DNA of 64,000 bases from Camelus dromedarius. Its lineage: Eukaryota. The stretch covers positions 76,634,001 to 76,698,000 of the forward strand of contig NC_087436.1 of NCBI RefSeq assembly GCF_036321535.1, in the 5' to 3' direction. The position numbers and the translations under genes are program-made. Within the stretch, counting starts at the first letter, position 1, and every line of letters begins with the position of its first letter. Positions 53,370-64,000 of this stretch are shown here, in pieces. The notes under the pieces are model-generated. The model saw nothing but the letters and a program-made list of their open reading frames with translations, searched no databases and was not told the DNA's origin.

Positions 53370-53373
53370 CAAG

Positions 53374-53836
53374 AACAGACTAATTTTACAGCAAAAGAAA
53401 TAGAAGAATGGATACGTATCCACGGAGTCCATTACACTTATTACATACCTCATCACCCAGAAGTAGTTTGCCTGAGCAGAGTGGCTGGCTGTAGAACAGG
53501 ATAGGAGAAAGGCTTGGCAAAGGCACCAGCTCAGGTACAGCACCCTGTAAGGTTGGCACGTAGTCTTCCACAATGCGGATTTTATTCTGAACCCTGAGGA
53601 TAAAGTCTAGGGTCAGTCCACCAGGCACACAACCATTACTAGCCACTTATAAGGGAAATTCAAAATGGGTCTTGGGGGAGAGAAGATACTGATGATGGCT
53701 TTAGGACTAGCTACAGCAGTGAAGACTGAAGTTCATTGAACTCACCCTCTTTTATTAAGTCCTTGCAAGTTTGGCTACTACCTTGAAAGGGACACTGGGA
53801 AGGGAATGAAAGAGACCGAATGGTGACAGGGATGAA
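53374..53836 (+). mobile_element. ERVL-class internal sequence, 3' part (continues the 5' part after the retrocopy insert)
   Basis: ttttacagcaaaagaaatagaagaatggatacgtatccacggagtcc…catcacccagaag corresponds to the ERVL integrase core (FTAKE…W…HG…HHPE) at the point where the upstream part breaks off. Ends in a purine-rich tract before an LTR. Confidence 0.7.
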
Positions 53837-54391
53837 TGGCAGCAGATACTGAGCTCTACTTCACGTTGTCTCCACGTCCCACCCCAGAACTGCTGTGCTG
53901 AATGGTTCTTTGACGGCGTCAGCCAGCTTCCCACAGGTGCAACCTGACAGTGCTCAACTCAGGCCTGTGTTACTATCTTTCAGTTCCTACTGTTGGTTTT
54001 TTGGTTTTTTGGGGTTTTTTTTGCTGTATGTTTGGTTTTGGCTTTGATGCACCTGCACCGGCAGTCTGTAAATACGACTGCACTATTCCAAAGTGCAGGG
54101 GAGGATCGGTGAGGCCTCTCTTGACGAGGCAGAAGTGAAGGAATAGGTGTCCCCTCTTTTGATACCTTTTGGTCTTATCTGAAACACAGACCAGATGGCT
54201 CTTTAGAAGGAACCACAGTGTCGGCCGACGCCGTCCCTTGGGTTGCTTCTCCTCCTTCCTGTTCTAACCCTCGACCGCTTCTTCTTGCTCCTGGAATCAC
54301 TTGCTTCTTGTTTTACAGCGATCCATGAATCAACTACTGATTACAAAAACCTTTGTCTTAGAATCTGCCTTCAGAGAATATCTCAGACACA
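53837..54391 (+). mobile_element. ERVL LTR, LTR16-family-like (3' LTR)
   Basis: Starts tggcagcagatac after a purine tract and ends gtcttagaatctgccttcagagaatatctcagacaca, an LTR16-like terminus. Confidence 0.6.
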
Positions 54392-55344
54392 ATACCCTTA
54401 GGGAAGCGAAGGCCATGGAAGAACTTCTGAAAGTGTGAACCACTTTGAGACATATTTCTACACAGGACCCTGGGAAAATTGACTTGTTTATTATAGCAGG
54501 ACTTACCCGAATTCAATTACGTTTGAAGCTTTTAGAAAACTTAATTTATGGAGGTACTTCATCCTTATTACGTCTGATTCTAAGCCTGGAAACTATTTTT
54601 ATATCTAGGTCTAAAAAATTCAGCACATGATGTATCCAAGTCTGGAAGGATTTCAACCTGACACTCCCATTTATGTCATTGGGTTACATAGCTAAGCTCC
54701 AAAGACAACGCTTGGCTGGCCTTTAAACCGAGGGAGGTCTCCATGCCGTGGCAGATAAGCACTGACGCACGTCTTCTTCTGATTTCAGAACACTTTCCAT
54801 TCCCTCTCTGAACATTTCTCAGTAAAGCTGGAGAATCTGCTGCCCTAAAATGTAGCAAACAAGATGAATTTGAGGTTCTCAATCATTGTTTCCAATTTGC
54901 TCGGAGTGGCACATTTCTTAAGCATTCCACATTGGTATACAAACGTTCCATGTTTTTTTTTTTTTGAATAAGCAAAAATTAAAAACATCAATGACTCTAT
55001 TTTGGCATAGTAAAGATTAGATTAAATGCTTAATGCAAAATGATTATCAATAAATTTTAATCATTGAGATTTTTTCGATTTTTCATAAATTAAACATTAT
55101 TGTGCCTGAAAATTAAACTGAGCTATTTTTAAAAATTTGAAATAATTAAAAAAAAATTCCCCTTATGTATATGTGACTCCCTTACCAAGCAAATTTGGAG
55201 GATGTTGAAATTTTTGTACATTTTCAAATTAGACAGTAGTGATAATTATATAAAGTTAAAAATCAGAAGTTATAAGCTATCTTCAAACATAAAACTTATC
55301 ATTTAAAAATGAGAATATTTTTGACTAACCTGAGTTTAAATGAA

Positions 55345-55560
55345 TAATGATGGTGATGATAAAGATTATTACTGCTAACACTTACTGAGCACTTTCTATG
55401 TCCCAGCATTTTGCTAAGCACTACATATATTATTCTATTTAATTCTCAAACAACTGTAGCAGGTAGATTCTGATGATATCGCCATTTTGTAGCTGCAATT
55501 ACATAGGCTCAGAATGAATAAAAAGTTCCACATAATACCTAGCTCGTAAATCATAAAACA
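55345..55560 (-). mobile_element. MIR SINE
   Basis: gctaacacttactgagcactttctatgtcccagcattttgctaagcact…atttaattctcaaacaactgtagcaggtag. Confidence 0.8.
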
Positions 55561-57434
55561 GCAATGGAATGTATTCACATAACCAAAATAGAGGGGGGAA
55601 ATTGCTTCATATCTCTCCAAGAGGTGCTTTAGGAATAGTGGCTTTCAATTTAGAGGAATGAGCTAAGATTAAATAAAAACTATATTCTCTTGAAATAACT
55701 TCAGTTCATGTTATGATCTACAGACAGTCTACTAAGAGTCATTGTGGAAACTGAGAGTCTTTTTAAAATGAGTCATAATGTGTGCAGTGACACTGAATAA
55801 CTGAAAGGGTCTTTAAAATATGTATTTCAATTATGAAAATAGAGTGGGACTTTATGTATTTGCTGTGGGACTTAATGCCCTGTTGTTGAATCAAGAGCAG
55901 CTGTTCCTAGGATTTAGTCAACGTGTCTGCGGTCATATTAACAAATACTACGAAATAGACAGGACTTTTAGCCTGTTTACAAAAGTCTGCCCTGCACCGT
56001 GGTCACACCAATCAACTCGCATTTTGTGTCTCTCTTCTCACACTACCGTTGTGTCTGGCGAAAGTGCCCTCGGGCTCCTTAAGTTTACTTCATGAAGGGG
56101 GTTTCTGGACCCTCTGTAGAATCCTGGGGGCTTTTTACAATCATCCCTTCCCAGCTGTTCTCTCTCCCCCTGGCCGGGTTCCGAGGAGATGATGCAAGCT
56201 GTGAAGTGGCACCGAGCTTGGGATCCAGCGCAGGGGAAGGCCTGTGGGAAAGGTCACAGAAACTTCCACAGAAAATGACTTGACTGGGTTAACGGGTTTA
56301 GAGGTTGTTCTTCTGGTGGGGACACACAGACAAACAGTGCTCAACGTATCCTGTTCCAAATATGTTTCCCTGTCATTTATGCAACACTGGGTGGGGCCTT
56401 TGACACTGTTTTTTCCCTTTCTTGTGGCTGTGATTCAATGTCTCATTGCACATTATTTCACCAAGTGATGGATCTTATTGTATTGTATTCAGAGCCGACC
56501 CTCAGCACAACTACGAAAAAAGCCAGGTTAATCTACTGAAGCCTCCTTGCTTTGACATCTTCAACCACTATCATCTTTCCTTTTTCTGTTGGATGTTGAG
56601 TATCCTAGAACTGCGCTCGTCTGATGTCCGAGTGCCACACCCAAGTCTGGTCTCCCTGAATCTTACTACGACCAGGATCGACTTGGGCACTGTCCCTTCC
56701 TTCTCAGCCTGTCATCTCAGAATCTGTCTTTGATTGGCTTCTAAATCTCAGTAGGAATTTGTGCGTTAATTGGGTTTAATTTTGGGGAAGGCTTTCTAGA
56801 AAAATCTATTATGTCAAAAAACAAAGCTAATGGAAGTCAAGCCACATTTGACACTGGACTCTACTTGTGAATACACAGAGTTTCTCCCCTCCCTCAGCCA
56901 ACATTTCTCTCTCTGCTTTGTGGTTTTGTAATTAGATATTTTCACCACCCCTGAATAAGGCTGAAAACACTTTCTAAAAAACTTCTTAACATGTAATTCT
57001 CCTTATGATGTGCAGTCATTTTGTCTGTTGCTTGGAGTTTGTGTTTTGGAGGAATTCCCAGGGCTTTCTAATCCAGATCTTAGCCCTTCCAAGCCTTTCC
57101 CAGTCTGTCCAGCTTGGTCAGTTCAACCCCAGCTATAAGCCTTCCTGCAACTTTCTCTTAAACAAAATAAAAACCAAAGTCAGAGTACGTAAGTGTGAAA
57201 GATCAACTAAAAAATAGAAATAAAATCTATTCACTCCAACATTCTTGGCCTAAATAAAATTACTACATAAAATACTAAACAAAAAGTATGGTCACATTTA
57301 ATAACCTGACTTACAAGCGGGTATTCTACATTAGCCAGAAATGATCAATTATCCTTCACAATTATCAACAAAACTTACTTGGCTCAGTGTCTTAAGCCCA
57401 AAGGAAAAAGTATAAAACCTGAAATTAGGAAAAA

Positions 57435-57680
57435 GGGTGTCCAGTTACCAGCTCTGCTGTGTTTAGCTCTGTGGGCTTGACCACATAAGTTACCTCTCTG
57501 GATCTGTTTTCTTGTGGGTAAAATAGGTAAAATAAAAGCTAAATAAATAATAATAAATAATAAAATAAAAATAATAAAATAAAATAATAAATAAATAATA
57601 AAAGCTAGTGCGATTGCTACAACATTTAATTAGATCCTATGATATAGTATATATAAAGATCCTTGTTCACTAACACATGC
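57435..57680 (+). mobile_element. MIR SINE with an internal (TAAAA/TAA)n expansion at ~57527-57603
   Basis: ccagctctgctgtgtttagctctgtgggcttgacc…acctctctggatctgttttctt…gtaaaatagg followed by an A-rich simple repeat. Confidence 0.65.
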
Positions 57681-59057
57681 CTAAATTTAAAAAAAAAAAT
57701 AAAGGAAAAAAATCAAGAAAAGAGAAAATCAGCAATAAACAACCAGGTAGAGGCAAACAAATATGTGTCCTGCGATAAACTGCATGTCCCATAGTGTGTG
57801 CCCCCCTTAGGGACATGCAGTCCTTCAAGGAAGAGTGACAGATCTACTCATACAATATACTAGGTATGACTCAGTCTTCAGTCTTTTTTCAGCCTCTTCT
57901 CCCAAGGCGTTAGTCATCTGCCCTCGGAATGTGTCCAACCAAACTGCTTTGACTTCCTGAATTCCCCTGACTTACCATGTCTCATTTCTTTTGCATAAGC
58001 CATTCCTCCCACCTAGAAAATATTTTTCCATCTTAAGATCCTTAAGAAACTAAGACACTTGCATGTGTGTGTGAGCGCACACACACATGCACACGCGCAC
58101 ACACACCAGCTCTCTCTCTCTCAGTTGTGCCCGTGCTCTGTACCACAAGGATTTTAAAAAGGGAGTAAGCTCCCACACAGACTTTCATAAATGACCTTCA
58201 GGAAATATAATGTCTCTTGAAATTACATGTAAAATTCTGTTTAGATGTGCCTTTGCACATCTGTTTTTCTAAAAATAAGGTTTGTCGTTTTGATCACAAT
58301 CTCATAAAGGTCTGTGAGCCAAAACCATGTAAGAACAATCATTGCAGTTCTGGGTGCAAATCACCACTGCACTGCAACATTGTTGGCGGGAATCGGGTCT
58401 TATTAATCTGTTTCCCCAGCCTCTAATGTCTACTAAGTGCTCAAAGGCATTTGATGGATGATTAATTGCATTTGCAGGAAAGCATTCCCAGGGTACTGGA
58501 GATTATGGTCACAGTACTATATGGGAGAGAGTGACATTCATGAAACAGAGAAGTCCATCCTTGCCCAGCTGCCATGAGATAGAGCTCTGTTGGTGTGGTC
58601 AACAATTAACTAATAATTAGTGCTTTTCTACATACAAAATTAATTATAGCCTAATAAAATCCAATAGCATTTGTTCTTAATTCTCCTCTGATCTGCATTC
58701 TGTTGTTTATTCTCATTTGTTCTGATAAGGTCCATTGTCTCTAATGTTGCCTCATAAAGGGTAAGAAATAAATCAATAGTACTTAGCTTTTCTAACCATC
58801 TGGTCTGGCAAACATCCCAAAATTAATGCTTAAATCTGGGTGCAGTTCATGTGTTGTGTCTCGTCTTAGGGACCATCTCTGGAGTTAGGAAATGAGGGGT
58901 AAGAAAGGCCCTGTAATCTCCCTGAGGAATCTGATCCCTTGGTAGGTACTGCTCTATAAGTACTGGAGGTTTGCATGACAAGGTTCAGTTACTCAACAAA
59001 GCCCAAGACTGATCAGTTTGAAAGCTCCCACTTAGGATATTCTTTTGAGTTTTAGAT

Positions 59058-59236
59058 TAGAGTTTAGCAAACTTTCCCCCCTAAAGGGCCAGACAGTAAC
59101 TATTTTAGGTTTTGCAGGGTATACAGTTTCTACCCAACCATTCAACTCTGCTGTCAAAATGCAAAAACAGCCACAGACTACATGTAAAAACATGGATGTA
59201 ACTGTGTCCCAGTGCAAGTTATTTACAAAAACAGGT
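59058..59236 (+). mobile_element. MER58A hAT-Charlie element
   Basis: gcaaactttccccctaaagggccagacagtaactattttaggttttgcaggg…aaacagccacagac…gttatttacaaaaacagg. Confidence 0.85.
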
Positions 59237-59559
59237 TACTGTTCAACTCAGATTTCTGAGGTTAGGTCAGGAAAGAACATGCTGCTTCCTCCTGGTTCTC
59301 CTGGATGGAGAATTTATTAAGAACAGTATTCTTTAGCTCAGATTTCTAGAGCCTCCATATTCTGACACTAGACTGATTTCCCCCCTTACCCTGCTCCCTC
59401 CCTTCCATGCATGAGGAGCAAGGATCATGCTCTGGGGTTCCACAGTTGGATGAATGAGAGGTGGTAGGTTCAGTAGAAAAGTTAAAGTCAGATGAGGGAA
59501 TTGATTCAAACGAAAACATAAATCTACAATATAAAACTATTGGTATCCCTTGTGTACAC

Positions 59560-61270
59560 CCTCCGTTCCCTGCATGTCTTTCATTTTATCATATTAGACT
59601 GGCCAAACCCCCATCCTGGCTAAATTCAGCTCTCCGATGATTCTACTCCTCCACCCAGCTGAACAGGGCTAGGAAAAAAAGCAAACAACTTTAAATGCAC
59701 ATGCCCCGCTTTCAAATGGGTCCCTGCAGCTCAGGGGCCATGCAGGTTTCCCTGATCCACTCACTCTCCCACGCTTCCAGAGGACTGTTTCAAACCCCGC
59801 TGTCCTCATTCACCAGTGCCTCCTCCCTGTCTTCACTTCAGCTGTTGACCTTCCTTCCTATGGAACAGGGAAATAGAAACAGTGAAAACACAACTCTCAC
59901 AAGCCTGGAAGCTTGAATCATCACCTCTACCCACCTTTTGGCATCCGGGCCCACAGATCCTTCCTTGTTTGCCCCCTGTCATCCTGTCATTTTGCACAAC
60001 CTGTGCTCCTACTAAAGGTCCTTTGTGCATGAAGTCACACGCTCTCTTGCCTACTCAAGGCCATAGCTCTGGTGATTCTTTCTTTTCTCTTGCATCACCA
60101 AATTTCCCTCTCTACCCAATAGTTTCTAACAGCCCGTGTGTGTGCTATTATTCCTCCAGTATTAACAGAAGAACCCTTCTCTTAACCTCGCAGGTCCCCT
60201 CCAGCCACAACTCCACTCTGGTCTTCCCTTTAGAAGTTGTCTATTACCCTCACCGTCAATGTCCACTCCTTCTCTGGTCCTTTGCAAGATTCTCCTGGGC
60301 TCCCCAACCTCAACACACTGGAGTGACCCAGAGTTCAGTCCACAGACCCCTTCTCTTTTCTCCCCATACACACTATCTCTGTGATTCATCCAGTTTGGTG
60401 GCAAAATGCCATCTGGATGATAACTCCCAAATTTACGTCTCATCCCGGGCATTCTCCTGAATTCCAGACACATATACACAGCCTATTGATTAATTTATAT
60501 TTCCATTTCAATGTCTAATAGGTATCTCAAACTTATTGTATCTAGAATTTAATCCTTTTCCCAAACCCACCAACCAAGTCAAAGTCTTCTCAGTTTCAGT
60601 TAATAGTGATTCTTCCTCCTGTTTCTCAGTTAGAATCTTGAAATGATCCTTGCTCCTCATGTCTCACATCTTACCTGTGAGCAAATTCTACCAGTTCTAC
60701 CATCAAAGTACGTCTGGAATCTCACTTCCCACCTCCTCCTGCATCTGTTGCTCCCAGCTTCTGCAAAAGCTGCTATTATCTCTCGACGTAATTGTCGTAG
60801 TAGATTCCTACCTGATGTCTCTGCTTCCACACCTGGCCCCACCCTCTCCAGCCCAGTCTCAACACCCACCACAACATGTCAGTTCTTCTCTCAAAACTTT
60901 CCATTGAGTTCCCATCTCATCACAGTCCAAGCCAGCATCTTTAGAGAGGCCTGTGAGGCTCTCCACTTCCTGGCACCATCACCTCATCTCCTGCTTCCCT
61001 GCCTCTCTGGCTCGTTCTCTTCCAGGGATGCTGGTTTCTTGAGTTACTCAGGAACCTTCCAGGCATATTGCCGCCTTCGAGTTTCTGCACTGTTTCCTGT
61101 GTCCACAAGGCTCCTCCCCAGAGAGACTCACTATCTTCCCAGTGAGGTCTTTGCTGACTGCCTTATGAAAAATCGCAACTGCCCCATCTCCATGCCCTGG
61201 CACCTGTTTCTACCCCTGTGTTCTACTTTTCTCCATAGCACTTAGCACCAGCTGGCATCACCTCTATCTC
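59560..61270 (+). mobile_element. L2 LINE, ORF2 3' part and 3'UTR (~1.7 kb)
   Basis: aaacccccatcctggctaaattc; ctggagtgacccagagttcagtcc (GVPQGSV-like); gatgataactcccaaatttacgtctc (YADD-like); tcctgaattccagacac…atgtctaataggtatctcaaactta; ttttctccatagcacttagcacc. Confidence 0.9.
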
Positions 61271-62749
61271 ACCCTCCTCCACCGAGACACCAGTATGGCT
61301 GTGCAGCTGAGGCCAAGTCCTGTCATGTTAAGGCTGCAACAATGGCTGGAGTAAAAAGTGGCCCAAGAAGATGTGAGGCAGGGCATTCGATGCACTCAGT
61401 ACAGATGCCAACTGGCATAATCTCACCAAAAAGTCAGCCTGGATTTTCCAACCTGTCTTCTTTAAGTGATTCCATCTCCTTCTTTAAGTGATTGTGTGGA
61501 AACAGATTTGAAACAGATTTCCATATCTTTATCTGCTTAACTCTCTCATCCAGCCCTTTGATCTTTCACTCTCCATTTCTCACTTTATAAAGTTTTTTTT
61601 TTAATTAATGCTCACTTTACTGTGCCTTCAGTACACAAGTGAAAAATGTACTTGACTTGATTGATGTTTCTCTATTTCCCAACGCACCAGTTTGTTACGC
61701 TCTGGAAAGGTGACCTTTTCAGCGAAGGAGCCAGGACGTGCATACTTCTGGTAGTATGTTTTGTTATGCTTTTGTTGGCATATCTTAACAAATGGATTTG
61801 TTAACTCCTGTTTTAACGATTTGGTGTAACTTAGTAAATATGAAAAAATACATCCCTCAATATGTGTATTTGTATATTAACATGTTTTCAAAAATAAAGA
61901 GGAAATACATAATATTTGGGAATATGATATGAAAATCATGTTCACAAGTTACAGATGTCCTGATAACTCATAACTGGTGAGACTATGTAAGGTCGTCCCT
62001 AATGAGTGAAAACAGTTTTGATTCCACACTTCCCACATCTTGTACTCTGTTTATCAGAACTACTTAAGATGTTTGACGATTTTAAGAATTTTTAAATGGT
62101 AATTTAACTATCAAAACCAAATAAATACCTCTTTATACAGTTTGATATTTGACAAAAAGGGACTTTGAAATCTTTTTAAGTTAATAGCTTAAAGACATTT
62201 CTCATAACTCAAGGCCCTCATCTTAAATTCTGTTGTTTTATTTTCTAATCACTGTAAATAAATCCACTTTACGTCTTCTCTACATGACAGAGTTTTTGTG
62301 GGTTTAATGCTAGAACTGATCTTAGAACAAAAAAAGATGTTTCAGATATGTATTCACTTTTTGAGACCATTTTATGGGCGGAATTCGGTAGTAGAAGCAT
62401 AAATTTTGAAAAATGTTTTCCAGCTTTAAAAATACCAAAAATCACTGGGAAAGTTCAAATCCTAAGGTCACGGCATTCACATTAAACCATATCACCTTGC
62501 TTTCCATATGAGTATAGAAGAGAGATGGAGAGGCCAGGTAAGAACCCAGTTACAGGAACCTGGGTACAAAGTGGGGCATGTGACTCTGGCCTGACCAACC
62601 ACGAAAGATCAGGTGACATTTGGGAAGAGTGAGAAAACTGAACTCCCTCCATCCCGCACAAACTGGATTACAGCCCAAGCTGGACGTGCTGGGGACCAAG
62701 CTGCACACAGATGCGTGGCAAGCAGACAGACTCAGGTCCCAGAGGGCAA

Positions 62750-63328
62750 CCTAGAGGGGTTTTGAACTCACCTTCTCCCATGGACACACCAAATCTTCAG
62801 CCACATATGAAAGAAACTTTGAAACTAGCCAAGCAACTCCCACGCATTGGATGAACAAGAAGAAAAACACACGAAAATGGGTGAGAGAGACCAAGACACA
62901 ATCTCATCCTGAACCCCACCCTTGGCACAGCGACTCACAGTCAAGAGGTGACTTACAACCCCCAGCTTCTCCTGAGGAGCCAAGGTGTGAACCCTGAATC
63001 TGGCAGCTCAACTTCTGAGACCAGCACCTGAGAGATGGCTCCCAAAGCGTCTAGCTTTGAATGTCAGCAGGGCTTCTGTTCACAAGACCCACAAGGCTAT
63101 AGTGACCTGAGAACCAGTTCTTAAATGTCACATGAGGACTCACTGTGGCTACACCCCAGGTGCAGAAACAGCTGACTGAAACACCCAGTCTTTCTGTAAA
63201 AGTGGTCTATTAACTCATCTTCATAGCGGCCGACCGAGGGGCAGGGTTTCAATTAAACACAGGTCTAAGTGGCCACTGTAATCCTCCCCTGAGACTTCCA
63301 GAAGGAGGTGCTTTCTTTACACTTTCCG
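62750..63328 (+). mobile_element. L1 5'UTR fragment (laurasiatherian-type)
   Basis: tgaactcaccttctcccatggacacaccaaatct…cagcacctgagagatggctcccaaagcgtctagctttgaa resembles recalled L1 5' ends. Confidence 0.6.
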
Positions 63329-64000
63329 TGTGAAGATGTACATTTTGGTCTCTGCCTCTCGTTCCTGCTAATATTTGATCTGTGACTTTGGTTCCTCACA
63401 CAGAACTCCTAAAAGCCCTGTAATTTCCTGAGTGCTAAGAGCATCTCTTGTTTTAATGAGGTGATTCTTGGTGGGCTTCTGGATGGCTGGCAATCACCAG
63501 AAAGACCAAGCCATAATTAGAAATTTGGAACTATCAGCCCCATCTCCCCAGTCTCCAGAGAGGGAGAGAGCCTGAAAAATGAGTTCATAATCAATCATGC
63601 CTACATGATTAAAGCTGCTGTAAAATTTTCTAAAGAATTTTGGGAAACACATCTATGTTCCAGGAGGGCAATGCATCCCAACTCCATGGGGATAGGAGTT
63701 TCTGTGCTGAGGTCCCTTCTGGCCATCACCCTTTGTATCTCTTCATCTGGCTGTTCATCTTTATCCCTTTGATCGTATCCTTTATTACACAATAAGTTGG
63801 TAACTGTAAGTAGATGATTCCTTGAATTCTGTGAGTTGTTCTAGCAAATTATCAAACCCAAGGAAACGGTCCTGGAAACACTGAGAGCTAGTCAGTCAGA
63901 AGTACAGGTGACAACCTGGGGCTTGCAATTGGCACCTGAAGTGGAGGCAGTCTTGTGAGCCTGAGCCCTTAACTTGTGGGTTCTGGTACTAACTCCTGGT
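63329..64000 (+). mobile_element. MER21-type ERVL LTR (runs off the window end)
   Basis: tcaccagaaagaccaagcca…ttagaaatttggaact…caatcatgcctacatgat…tgtatctcttcatctggctgttcatct…tctagcaaattatcaaaccc…gtcagaagtacaggtgacaacctggggcttgcaattggca. Confidence 0.85.

Noticed and set aside
59882..61245. The longest ORFs in the track (192 aa and 200 aa)
   Set aside because: They lie inside a pyrimidine-rich L2 remnant. The S/P/L-rich translations have no recognisable domain, and the open frames reflect base composition.
61457..61520. Two adjacent short duplications (cttctttaagtgatt x2; gaaacagattt x2)
   Set aside because: Consistent with ordinary slippage duplications, and no insert lies between them that would make them TSDs.
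1..64000. Prokaryotic-type systems (CRISPR arrays, operons, tRNA/rRNA genes)
   Set aside because: The sequence is mammalian repeat-rich DNA. I saw no regularly spaced repeat-spacer array and no structural RNA gene.

Overview
AT-rich mammalian intergenic or intronic DNA with no intact protein-coding gene that I can support. It is dominated by old eutherian repeats: L1M, L2, MIR, MaLR/MLT1 LTRs, ERVL/LTR16-type and ERV1-type solo LTRs, and MER5/MER58 hAT elements. Short L1 3' ends resemble cetartiodactyl (possibly camelid) L1. The main result is a ~1.26-kb minus-strand insert at ~52117-53373 made of two different spliced mRNA fragments joined head-to-tail. One is a 5'-truncated EZH2 retrocopy (C-terminal SET-domain exons, 3'UTR and AATAAA). 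The other is a GRK4 retrocopy (last coding exons and probable 3'UTR). The pair interrupts an ERVL pol remnant and is flanked by one decayed ~14-17-bp direct repeat, which suggests a single chimeric retrotransposition event. All family and gene assignments come from my recall of consensus and protein sequences; no search was run, and repeat boundaries are approximate unless TSDs are quoted.
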